A stretch of DNA of 45,555 nt, taken from assembly GCF_001194135.2 (NCBI RefSeq), contig NC_068995.1, positions 16,720,089 to 16,765,643 on the forward strand, given 5' to 3'. The notes under the pieces were generated by a model. It ran no database searches. It saw only the letters and a program-made list of their open reading frames with translations, and was not told the DNA's origin. The position numbers and the translations under genes were made by a program. Below, piece after piece: positions 11,044 through 21,995 of the stretch. The DNA is from Octopus bimaculoides (taxonomy: Eukaryota). Numbering within the stretch: position 1 is the first letter of the stretch; every line of letters begins with the position of its first letter.

Positions 11044-11347
11044 NATAAACAATTGCAGCGTGGAAGGTCTTTATAAGCCATTTAAAATAACACACAAAAT
11101 CCGTTAGATTCACTTCAACATTTAAATTTAATTTGTCAAAATATTTTCGTCGCTTTGAGACCGCGACCTGTTCACTGACAAAATTTAAATGTTGAAGTGA
11201 ATCTAACGGATTTTGTGTGTTAGTTTAAATGGCTTATAAACACCTTCCACGCTGCAATTGTTTTCGTTCCAGCACAAGATCTCAGATCAGGTCACTTGCT
11301 ATGCAAGTACATCTCCGTAATATATATATTACGGAGGCCTGATGTAC
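11044..11347. mobile_element. Foldback (long inverted repeat) element, Penelope-like/retrozyme-like
   Basis: Arms ~11047-11138 and ~11176-11263 are near-perfect reverse complements. Further hairpin ACTTGC-TAT-GCAAGT and a perfect 24-bp palindrome at 11313-11336. Confidence 0.75.
11132..11182 (-). ncRNA. Type I hammerhead ribozyme motif with G3:C8 compensatory core
   Basis: Minus strand: TTTGTCA GTGAACA G GTCGC-GGTCTCAAA-GCGAC GAAA ATATTT TGACAAA. Stem I 7 bp, stem II 5 bp, palindromic helix III AATATT, triplet UUU. Confidence 0.6.
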
Positions 11348-11503
11348 TAACAAAGAGCTTACAGAATACTTTGTCCTGAATGATAACCCACACTAATAAC
11401 TCTGTTATATATGTATAGATAGATTACATCATCAAATCGAAAAATATTGAATAACGAACGTAGTATGTGATATGCTCTCTCCATATTATATACATGTGCG
11501 CGC

Positions 11504-11551
<48 letters not shown>

Positions 11552-11597
11552 CCTAAACTCTAAGATAGACGAGACATAAATGCCAGCATTAAAGTAC

Positions 11598-11825
11598 TCA
11601 TGCAAATTCCATATATGATTTCGCTGAACGTAGATTCTTATTTCATGTGGAATGTCAACATAAAATTGTATATATACTCCACGGTCAACAGCAGGAAGCA
11701 GACTGATTAGTGTCAGATCGCTATTGGTTTTTATACACGGCAGAGTTGCCATTAATTTTGAAAACCACTGAAATCTACTGAGACCAGCTGGAAATCCGAG
11801 AATCTCAAATAATATCCCTTTATGT
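11598..11825 (-). CDS. Candidate exon B (228 nt, phase 2-2), best-supported part of the LIVBP/ANF_receptor-like ATD
   Basis: Acceptor catagatttcag (alternative phase-0 acceptor at 11767), donor TGA|gtactt. HKGILFEILGFPAGLSRFQWFSKLMATLPCIKT...VYIQFYVDIPHEIRIYVQRNHIW aligns by eye with GluA2 RGVYAIFGFYD...TLHVSFIT...[22 protein letters not shown]. Confidence 0.55.
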
Positions 11826-12307
11826 CTGAAATCTATGAACTTGAAAGTGTTCTGCTTTCAGAATCAAACGTTAATGATTAGGTTGAGAAGGAAACTATAA
11901 TATATATATAGTGACTGGGATGAATATTTCGTAGATATGACGAGAATATTTTTAGTATAGCAGTTTAGCATAGGACTCAGTTAAATAATAAAATAATATC
12001 TTTTTTGCACAGTGACAAATTATAAATATATAAAAGTGCACTTGAAACGATATGAAACATGGAAAGTATAAGATGACGTATATATATATATATATATATA
12101 TNNNNNNNNNNTATGTATTTATTCTATCCTAATAAATAATAATTCGGATAGAATAAATGGGTTAATAGAAACCAAGGTAGCAAAGATCACAAAATAACTG
12201 TGGTGAAATTCCTGTTGGTGAGGCAGAAACTCCTTGATATTTTGGGTATTTGAGTATATTTAAAAATTTAAGGAAGGTAGAAAATGCATGTTATAGCTGC
12301 ATACTTT

Positions 12308-12392
12308 ATTCCGACATATGTTTCGAAGAATTACAATTTCTGCGATCCATAGGAATCGGCGATGTTAAAAATGTAAACTTCTCCTCAGGGAA
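12308..12392 (-). ncRNA. Canonical type I hammerhead ribozyme with extended stem II
   Basis: Minus strand: TTCC CTGAGGA GAAG..(49 nt, internally paired)..CTTC GAAAC ATAT GTC GGAA. Full consensus core, palindrome ACATATGT, GUC site between 12313 and 12312, AATAAA at 12310-12305. Confidence 0.8.
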
Positions 12393-12444
12393 ATGAATGG
12401 GAATCATATATATATATATATATATGTATATATAAATGATGGTT

Positions 12445-12890
12445 TCAAATTTTGGCTCGGGATCAGCAGTCTTTGAAAGCAGGGGAGAACTCGATTTCGT
12501 CATCCCCATTACTTATTCCATCGACTCCAAATGGATAGAAGGCAAAATCGAGCTAGGTGGAATTTGAACTCAGAATGTGAAGACAGACAAAATGCCAACC
12601 TACATTTTGCTCGTCATGCTAAAGATTGTGGCAGCATAACACCTTATAATAATAACAATGATAATCCTTTCTACTACAGACACAAAGCCTGAAATTTGTG
12701 GGGAGGGGACTAGTCGATTACATTGATCCCCAGTGTTTCACTGGTATTTAATTTATCAACCCCGAAAGGATGAAAGGCAAAGTCAACCTCGACGGAATAT
12801 GAACTCAGAACACAGAACTCAGAACACAGGCGAAATAATACTGGGCATTTCGCCCGGCATGCTGACGGTTTGCCAATTCGCCGCTTTAAC
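12445..12890 (-). mobile_element. Two tandem SINE family C copies
   Basis: ggaatttgaactcagaa..., gcattt..cccggcatgct.... The second copy has a 14-bp tandem duplication (gaactcagaacaca). Confidence 0.8.
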
Positions 12891-12892
12891 AG

Positions 12893-12899
12893 CAACTAC

Positions 12900-12967
<68 letters not shown>

Positions 12968-13070
12968 TAATAATAATAACAATAATAATAATAATAACAA
13001 CAATAATAATAATAATAATGATAATGGTAAGAAGAAGAACAACATCATCAACAACAATGGTAATAATAGA
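12893..13070. repeat. (ATA)n microsatellite
   Basis: Direct reading. Source of poly-N and poly-I ORFs. Confidence 0.95.
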
Positions 13071-13176
13071 TAGACATGAAATTTAAAAAATTATATTCTA
13101 TTTTTTGTTTCTTAGACATGGAGGAGTCATATATTCAGCGGTAATATGTACATAAAAATCATATGAAAATACATAC

Positions 13177-13340
13177 TCGCATTTCCACTGCAGAAGCAGG
13201 CGAGAGAAATATGAGGATAAGAATATTATTATGAGATATAAACGATGGTGTTTGTTCTGTAAAAGACTGTCTCACTTCGCCATAATCTATCGGGATGAGC
13301 CGAATATTTGAAGAAGATAGCAAAGACCCTATGTTCTTAC
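13177..13340 (-). CDS. Candidate exon A (phase 1-0), early ATD
   Basis: Acceptor cgtatagattttacag. Donors CGA|gtatgt (13177) or GAA|gtgaga (13276). (G)KNIGSLLSSSNIRLIPIDYGE resembles the ANF_receptor consensus iN.dpsLLpg.kL.yii.D. The link to exon B depends on which acceptor and donor are used. Confidence 0.45.
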
Positions 13341-13484
13341 CTGTAAAATCTATACGTGGGGAAAAATCGGAGAAAATAGATTTTACTCTTTTACTTGTTA
13401 TGGGGACGAAGACACACCAACACCGGTCGTCAAGTGGTAATGGGTGGGAGGGAAGCGCAGACACAAAAACACACATGTGTTTCT

Positions 13485-13518
13485 TTGTGTATATGTGTGT
13501 ATGTGTGTGTATGTGTGT

Positions 13519-13596
<78 letters not shown>

Positions 13597-13819
13597 ATTT
13601 ATGTCATATTATTCGGTTTATTTCAAGCTTTCTTGCCAATAGAGAAAGAACCGGTTTCTAACGTAAGTTCAAGTTTCCTTCATTGGAATTTCAACATCAA
13701 TAACAGGGTATTTTAGTTTGTTTCTTTGTATGTATGCATGTATGCATATATGTATGTATGTTTGTATCTATCTATCTATATCTCTATATATATATATGTT
13801 TATTTATTTATACACACAG

Positions 13820-13882
<63 letters not shown>

Positions 13883-14029
13883 TATTCATACATATATATC
13901 CATGTATGTATATGACAACAAATGCCAGCGTTACAAACGTACAGTTATAGAATATCATGAAAATATATCAACATTTGTATGGTTGTATGAATGCATATAC
14001 ACTTAAATAAGCATTGAATGCTATTCACG

Positions 14030-14071
<42 letters not shown>

Positions 14072-14095
14072 CACACTCACACACACACACGCGCT
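13485..14095. repeat. (TG)n, (TATG/TATC)n and (CA)n microsatellite cluster
   Basis: Direct reading. Confidence 0.9.
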
Positions 14096-14899
14096 CAAGA
14101 ATATAAATATATATATATAAATATATGACAAGAGAAATGCGGTGATGGAGGCAATGGCGTAGAAACCGACCATTCGCGAATATCAAGAAGTCAGAGTTTG
14201 AGCAGAGTTGATTTCCTCAGAGAAATCATTGGTCAACGTGTCGGGGTATAGGTCGGTGGAGCGTTGATGGACAAATCTGACGTAGATTTAAGTGAATTTT
14301 TAGAGATATGAACGTATCTATAATGAATGACACGAAATAATTACTCCACAAGGTCAAGTTCTATCCTTTCACAACGTTCATCGTGGACTGCGTGAACGTT
14401 TTATATATATAAAGAAAATACGAAAGAACACTTCAGATATTTGTTAGCGATTATCTTTTTCTGTGAATCTTTTTTGGATATTTTTCTTATTTGTTCTTCG
14501 TTTCATGTTAGGCAATTTGTATATTCTTATATTCTTTCATAGTTGACGTCTTTGCATCTATATTTCCTCCGTGACGTATCGATAAAATAAATAGCACATA
14601 CAATAAAGAGTTTCGTGCATCTCAATCGATATAACTACGATGTTTATACTTACAAAGATGTTAATTTTCCTTTATACTTCTTTTTGATCCAAAGAAATAT
14701 CAGATATTTACAGTTGAGTTTTTCGGGTTAAAAATACACAGAACTATGCAAATTTACTCTTTATGATTCAATTTATAACACAAACGTCATTGTTTATACA
14801 ATAGTCTAAGATTCATGTTTCTAATACGTCGCTTTAATTTGAAGTCAAGATGAAATTTGTTTTTGTATCCGCCTTATTATGATGTTTATCATACGTGAA

Positions 14900-15121
<222 letters not shown>

Positions 15122-15599
15122 CCTTTATTCAAGGACCTTTGAGCGGGATGGGCTACTCGACTTGAAGGAAATTTTAACTTGTCCCCACCTGCAAAATCAT
15201 GCGCTGTTTATCTTGATATGAGACCACTATTTCACGCAATTTATATTATCGATTTTGTATGCGTTTTACGGGAATAAGTATTTACAGGTTGACACTGTTT
15301 AACTTCGACCTACATAGTACCCATGAGAACAATGTTTTTTAGTGCTGATAATTTTTGGCTTCCTGATATTTGGTCATGGAGACAAAAGCGCCATTTTGTA
15401 TTAACCCGTACATTCGATTTTGCTTCAATTTCTTCCTGTCTTCCTGGCACATAGGGCAAAGAAACTCACTGTATACATTGATAGGCCATTAAAATAAAAA
15501 CATCGTATTGTTCATTTACAAAATCACGTTTTGCGACAAAAAAGAAAGACGAAAGAAAAAGAAAGAAAAACAAAGAAAAAGAGAAAAATCTACATGGGT

Positions 15600-16880
15600 G
15601 GTAATCTTTCTCACAGATACAATGAGCTTCTCAATACATGTGATGCACCAGTTAAAATAGTTTTTGAACTCCTTGCATTGATGGTAAGCCAGGCATCATC
15701 CTCAAATAATATTCAGTTGTTTTTTTGATCATTCCAGATCACTGGTAGTGTAACCGTCTTGAGATGCCGTATATTTTTTCGATTCCAGTGAGGAAATCTC
15801 TATATATTTTCTTAGCTTGTCAAATTCTTTTGCCGAGATATCATGATCACAAGGAATATTCATGTCTATCAAAAAACAAACTTTATTGTTTTGGTCTTTC
15901 ACAACAATATCCGGTATATTACCTTTCATGTTTCTGTCTGTATGTATTGGAAAGATCTAAAGATTCGTTATATTTTCTTCTTCTGCAGATTCAGGGTGAT
16001 ACTTATACCACTTCTCAACAGTTTTGTTTTTATAATGCCGACAGATTAACCAGTGTAAATATTGATCAAATCTGTCATGTCTTGATTTATACTCCTCTGG
16101 TGCTAAAAATTTACATCTAGAGATTAGGTGGTCTACTGTTTCAATTACGTCATTGAATCGGTACTTTGGACCTACTTCATTTTTCATCACACGAGCTTAG
16201 TAGTTCCTGGTCAATAAATTTTAATCTTTAGCAGTTGAGACGAAGCTTTCATTCTGTCTCTTTAGCCGAGAACTCTGTAACCACTGATGGTCTACATCAA
16301 CTTTTTTGCTACGGGCCACATATCTGCCATACAGAGGTTTCTGCTTCTACCAGACAATTGTTCATACGCATTTTTCCTCGCCATTAATTTCACCCTATTT
16401 GCAACAACAGTTGCTGTACTCCTGTCATGCTGTTCAGCGTGGGTATCATGCATGAATACAATAGCTAATATTTTGCTCTTCTTCAAGACGGAATGAAACC
16501 TATTGCACTTCTGGTGATTTTCAACGAATTTTAGCATCCAATCGTTAGATGTTGCAAGATATTTGACCAGTCCAATTGTGTTCAAACTGAATCAAGCTTC
16601 GACTACCTAGGGCTCTTAGAAGGTAAAGACGATCAACATCTGCCTTTGGGTGATGCTTCGTATTACAAGCCATCAGCTTACATATTTTCTGTCAATTATC
16701 TTTATTTCACTAATATTCCAGTTCAACACATTGAAGCTATAAACACGAACTGGAACTCTTAAGAAATTTATGGATAACACCTTGTTATGAGCATTTAACT
16801 AAGGTTTCAGGATTTCTCGAGCTCTTCTATAAAATTCCTTCATGACCTCTTTCATGCTTGCATTCTAAATGCCAGAACCT
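15600..16880 (-). mobile_element. R4/Dong-like non-LTR retrotransposon, 5'-truncated and decayed (RT end, CCHC knuckle, RLE endonuclease)
   Basis: HHPKADVDRLYLLRALGSRSL; ETVDHLISRCKFLAPEEYKSRHD..YLHWLIC (zinc knuckle); PDIVVKDQNNKVCFLIDMNIP...KEFDKLRKY (PD-(D/E)xK); TILTGASHVLR near the ORF end. Frameshifted. Confidence 0.9.
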
Positions 16881-16964
16881 TCATTTATTTCTACATATTT
16901 ATAAGTTTGGTCTCGCTCAAGTTCTTTTATAAATATATAAGTCGAACTCGACAGAATTACATAC

Positions 16965-17023
<59 letters not shown>

Positions 17024-17144
17024 TACACACATAAACACATCACCACGTGCTTTCTAACTGCGATTCGAATTATTATTCTTGTTATTGTTGTTGTTGTTGC
17101 TGTTATCATTATCATTACTATTATTATGATGAAAACGATGAGCT

Positions 17145-17315
17145 GTCAGAGTCGTTAGCATGTTTCGTTCGTTTTCACGTTTTGGGTTCAAATTCTGTCG
17201 AGATCGACTTTGCTTTTATTTTTTTCGGGGTCGATAGAGTAAGGGCCAATTGAGTACAGGGGCGGATGTAATCGACTTCATCACTTTCCAAAACTGCTGG
17301 CCTTGTGCTAAAATT
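17145..17315 (+). mobile_element. SINE family C copy after a (GTT/ATT) tract
   Basis: gagtcgttagca...ggttcaaattctgtcgagatcgactttgc...ctgctggccttgtgct. Confidence 0.8.
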
Positions 17316-17339
17316 ATTATTATTGTGATGTACAAATAT

Positions 17340-17480
17340 GCAATCATACATACATACATACATACATACATACATACATACAGACAGATAGACATACATA
17401 CGTACACCTATCTATCTATCTGCCTATCTGTCTGTCTGTCTATCTGTCTGTCTATCTATCTATCTATCTATCTATCTATG

Positions 17481-17520
<40 letters not shown>

Positions 17521-17620
17521 CATGAATTTATCTTTGTATGTATGTGAGTATTTGCATGTTTGCATCCACGTATATAAATGTATACGTATATATGTACACA
17601 CACACACACACACGTGTGTG
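17340..17620. repeat. (TACA)n/(TATC)n/(CA)n compound microsatellite
   Basis: Direct reading. Confidence 0.95.
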
Positions 17621-19162
17621 TGGCGTTGTTGTGTTCGTGTATGCACCAGTTTGCATATATACTACGCATTATGCATGCCTCATCGCATGCTTATACAAGA
17701 TACTTGCACATATGCGTGTTCCGTGAAACCATGCGTATATCTTTGCATGTACGCTTATATACGTATGTCTGTGTACTTTACAACTATGGATGACGCGTTT
17801 GCTTGTTTGTGTTTATGTATATTAGGCAATAACATTTTAAAATGAAATGAATAAATAAGTAATTTATTCGTTCAGTAATCAATAGCGTAAACAAATAAAG
17901 ACCACACACTTATACACATACACACACACACATATACACACAAAAAACAACAACACTCCTGAAACAAACAGACAAGCAAAAACATTCGTGCAAAACCTGT
18001 AAGAGCGAAACCTTTTATTTATGTTTTCAATTAAAACGAAAGGGGGAAATTATCTATATATAACGGAAATTAAGCTTAATCCTACATTGTAAGCGATCAT
18101 TAAATATATATTTAGCTTTTATATTTTTACGAGGCTGCTTTTTTTTTTCCTATTTTCTTTCTTTCTTTTTTTTTTTCTAATAGCTAATTTATTACAATTC
18201 TCTCTGGAAAGTACTCATCAAAAAGCTATAATTCTATTCTTATATTCCAAAGTCGAATGGTACGATGTGATGGAATTTTCTTCGCTTATTTTAAATAAAT
18301 TAATGTAAGGATAAATAAGTATATAAATGAATAAATATACAAATAGATAAATAGATTAAATAAATAAATGCATAAGAATATATAAGTTAATTAAAAAAAC
18401 CGAGCTCTACCAATACTTCTTCGGTTCACTTCAATATAGTGTTTTTTTTTGTTGCTTTAAATAAATAATATTACTAATACTGCTAACAGCAGCAGCAATG
18501 TATAATAACACCAACAATAACAACAATAATAATAATGACAACAATAAAAACAACACGAAACAGTAAAGGAAAAATAAATTCAATCAGCTAAATTAAAAAT
18601 AAAAAAGAAAGGCTTTTTAATTTTCAAAAAATGAAGTAATGCCGTAAATGAAAGAGCAATAAGAATACACTCACACACATGCGCGCATTCACACACACAC
18701 ACACACACAGACACATACNNNNNNNNNNNNNNNNNNNNNNNNNNNNNNNNNNNNNNNNNNNNNNNNNNNNNNNNNNNNNNNNNNNNNNNNNNNNNNNNNN
18801 NNNNNNNNNNNNNNNNNNNNNNNNNNNNNNNNNNNNNNNNNNNNNNNNNNNNNNNNNNNNNNNNNNNNNNNNNNNNNNNNNNNNNNNNNNNNNNNNNNNN
18901 NNNNNNNNNNNNNNNNNNNNNNNNNNNNNNNNNNNNNNNNNNNNNNNNNNNNNNNNNNNNNNNNNNNNNNNNNNNNNNNNNNNNNNNNNNNNNNNNNNNN
19001 NNNNNNNNNNNNNNNNNNNNNNNNNNNNNNNNNNNNNNNNNNNNNNNNNNNNNNNNNNNNNNNNNNNNNNNNNNNNNNNNNNNNNNNNNNNNNNNNNNNN
19101 NNNNNNNNNNNNNNNNNNNNNNNNNNNNNNNNNNNNNNNNNNNNNNNNNNNNNNNNNNNNNN

Positions 19163-19198
<36 letters not shown>

Positions 19199-19708
19199 TG
19201 ATTAAACCTTGAAAATTTTTACAAGAAATTTGCAGAATGTTATAACCAGAAGTTAAAAGAAAACTGTTGGTTGATTTAATATGATTAAAATATTTACTAT
19301 AAATAACTCAATTCATTATCGCTCACCAGTTGTTCCTTATTAATTCATGCCTGATTCAACAGTTTTCTTTCGTTGACAGATAACATATTACAAACACATA
19401 CACAGACGCATTCATATCCACACAGATACAGACACACGCACACAGAACACAAACAAACACAGAAACACACATACACAACACGCAGACACACTCACACTCA
19501 CATACACAGGCACACACAGTCACAAATATACTTTTACGTAGGCAGATACATCTGTATTTGTGTATACATATTGCAGTTAATGATTTCTCATGTAGGCCAA
19601 GCGGGTACAGATTTTTGAAGGAACGGTAATATGTATGAGATCGATTCTAGAATTTGGTCCTTATTTCATACATTCAGAAGCATAAACATGAAAGACTATC
19701 TTAGCAGT

Positions 19709-19782
19709 TCTATATTTAAGAGATGAGGAATTATGTACAATATTTACATTTGACGGATAATTGTCCTCATCTCGTTCGTTGT
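19709..19782 (-). mobile_element. Inverted copy of the 3' part of the hammerhead-bearing repeat at 20768-20915; runs into a gap
   Basis: Reverse complement gagatgaggacaattatccgtcaaatgtaaatattgtacataat matches caagattaggacaaatgtccgtcaaatgtaaaaaatgtaaataat at ~20869-20914. Confidence 0.75.
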
Positions 19783-20507
19783 NNNNNNNNNNNNNNNNNN
19801 NNNNNNNNNNNNNNNNNNNNNNNNNNNNNNNNNNNNNNNNNNNNNNNNNNNNNNNNNNNNNNNNNNNNNNNNNNNNNNNNNNNNNNNNNNNNNNNNNNNN
19901 NNNNNNNNNNNNNNNNNNNNNNNNNNNNNNNNNNNNNNNNNNNNNNNNNNNNNNNNNNNNNNNNNNNNNNNNNNNNNNNNNNNNNNNNNNNNNNNNNNNN
20001 NNNNNNNNNNNNNNNNNNNNNNNNNNNNNNNNNNNNNNNNNNNNNNNNNNNNNNNNNNNNNNNNNNNNNNNNNNNNNNNNNNNNNNNNNNNNNNNNNNNN
20101 NNNNNNNNNNNNNNNNNNNNNNNNNNNNNNNNNNNNNNNNNNNNNNNNNNNNNNNNNNNNNNNNNNNNNNNNNNNNNNNNNNNNNNNNNNNNNNNNNNNN
20201 NNNNNNNNNNNNNNNNNNNNNNNNNNNNNNNNNNNNNNNNNNNNNNNNNNNNNNNNNNNNNNNNNNNNNNNNNNNNNNNNNNNNNNNNNNNNNNNNNNNN
20301 NNNNNNNNNNNNNNNNNNNNNNNNNNNNNNNNNNNNNNNNNNNNNNNNNNNNNNNNNNNNNNNNNNNNNNNNNNNNNNNNNNNNNNNNNNNNNNNNNNNN
20401 NNNNNNNNNNNNNNNNNNNNNNNNNNNNNNNNNNNNNNNNNNNNNNNNNNNNNNNNNNNNNNNNNNNNNNNNNNNNNNNNNNNNNNNNNNNNNNNNNNNN
20501 NNNNNNA

Positions 20508-20709
20508 CTGTCTATGTGATCTCAAATTTTAAAGCAAACATAATTTTCTTATGGTTTCTTAAACATTCACTTGAACAAAACTGTACAAATCCAAATATAT
20601 GGTACCCTAGGCATAACACCTACATGAACTTCTAACTTGTTGTCTCTTGAGGTCTCTGGGTGAGACTTGGATCCAACTTGTACAAATGCAAAACAAAAGT
20701 CAAACATAA

Positions 20710-20741
<32 letters not shown>

Positions 20742-20765
20742 TAATAATAATAATAACAACAACAA
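20508..20765 (+). mobile_element. Probable 3' end (ORF end LSM*, 3' UTR, (ATA)n tail) of an R4/Dong-like LINE; 5' part lies in the gap
   Basis: The ORF ends ...LSM* at 20519, followed by a ~185-nt UTR-like stretch and (ATA)n. The family assignment is recognition or inference. Confidence 0.5.
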
Positions 20766-20814
20766 CATCGAAAAATACCTTAGGAATGAGAATCCAGGTT
20801 GGAAATTTCCGCAA

Positions 20815-20860
20815 GACACCTGATGAACGCTGGAAGGTATATCAGCCGAAACGTTGTGTT
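20815..20860 (+). ncRNA. Type I minimal hammerhead motif in a Penelope-like terminal repeat (20768-20915)
   Basis: Stem I GACAC/GTGTT. CTGATGA at 20820-20826, then an extra A. Stem II (C)GCTG..CAGC(C) with a C.C mismatch at its base. GAAAC GTT, palindromic ACGT helix III, triplet GUU. Confidence 0.65.
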
Positions 20861-21684
20861 AACAACAAACAAGATTAGGACAAATGTCCGTCAAATGTAA
20901 AAAATGTAAATAATGTATCTTAGCAGTATTTGAACTCATGCCCTGTGACCTACTTATTGAGCTCAATCTTATTGGTTTAAATCCACAGGAACGACAGTGC
21001 ATCCAACAAAATTGATATAAATCCACATGAACATCTATCAGGCTCCTGATTCCTGCCGGGGCAGAGACCATCGACAATTTCCCTTCGTTGATTTCCCTAA
21101 TGGGCTTTCCTCGCTAATGCTCTCCATCTCGATTACATCACTTCATTTTCCAGGTTATATCGCAAGGAATATTTCATTCTCCCTTTTTAGGGTCTACCCG
21201 GTAACCAGATCCATGAGATTGTTTTGGTCTCTTCGTTAGTATGTCTGTAGCGGGTGCAATTAACCCGCTATGTGAGGCAGTTAACCCCTTACCAAAATCC
21301 CAAATGAAGACCAGAGATACCGCTCGATCTAGCATCTACACTTTGATCTGTCCAGCATGATCGAATGTGATAGGGATGCATAGCAGCACAAAAGCTCTCG
21401 AACTAGCGAATGGTGACAATCCATGAGGAGAAAGAAACTTTTTACATGCGCAAGTATACACGCACACAGTTATATGTATTAATTTTAATGATTTTTCCTG
21501 GACGACATCGGTGGCATAGGGAGGAGATGCTGGTATGCATGGGCGACTCCACACACAACTTTGCCCGGACTTGTGCTTCGAAGGGAAACATTCTCGGTGC
21601 AATCCCTTGGTCATTCGTGACAAAAAGGGATCTTTAGAAAGTTCGAAAACAATTTTTTACTAGGATTTTAAATCAACAACCGTA

Positions 21685-21995
21685 GACGTAGGCATGGTTG
21701 ACTAGTTAAGAAAATTGCTTCAGAATCGTGAGGTTCAGAGTTCGATCTCTGAATAAGGCATCTTGGCAAAGTTCCTTTACCATAACCCCAAGTCGACCTA
21801 AGCTTTGTTATGGAAACTGGACAGAGAGAAACTGTGTGAAAGCCCGACGGATTGATTTTTACCTGTAATTCAAATGCCTAGAATTATCACATAGTTTTTC
21901 ATTACGATTAGGGAGATCGTGTCTATGGAATACTCAACCACTTCCTGATTAACGAAAAAGTTAAATGTTCAGTTAATCGAACATCTGAATGCTCA
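21685..21995 (+). mobile_element. Chimeric degenerate SINE: family B head joined to family A core
   Basis: gagttcgatctc..ggcaaagttcc..gtcgacctaagctttgt..aaagcccg, then cctgtaattcaa..gtctatggaatactcaaccactt. Confidence 0.55.

Noticed and set aside
13116-13140. 25-nt plus-strand micro-exon candidate (tttcttag / CG|gtaata)
   Set aside because: No supporting neighbours; such signals occur by chance.
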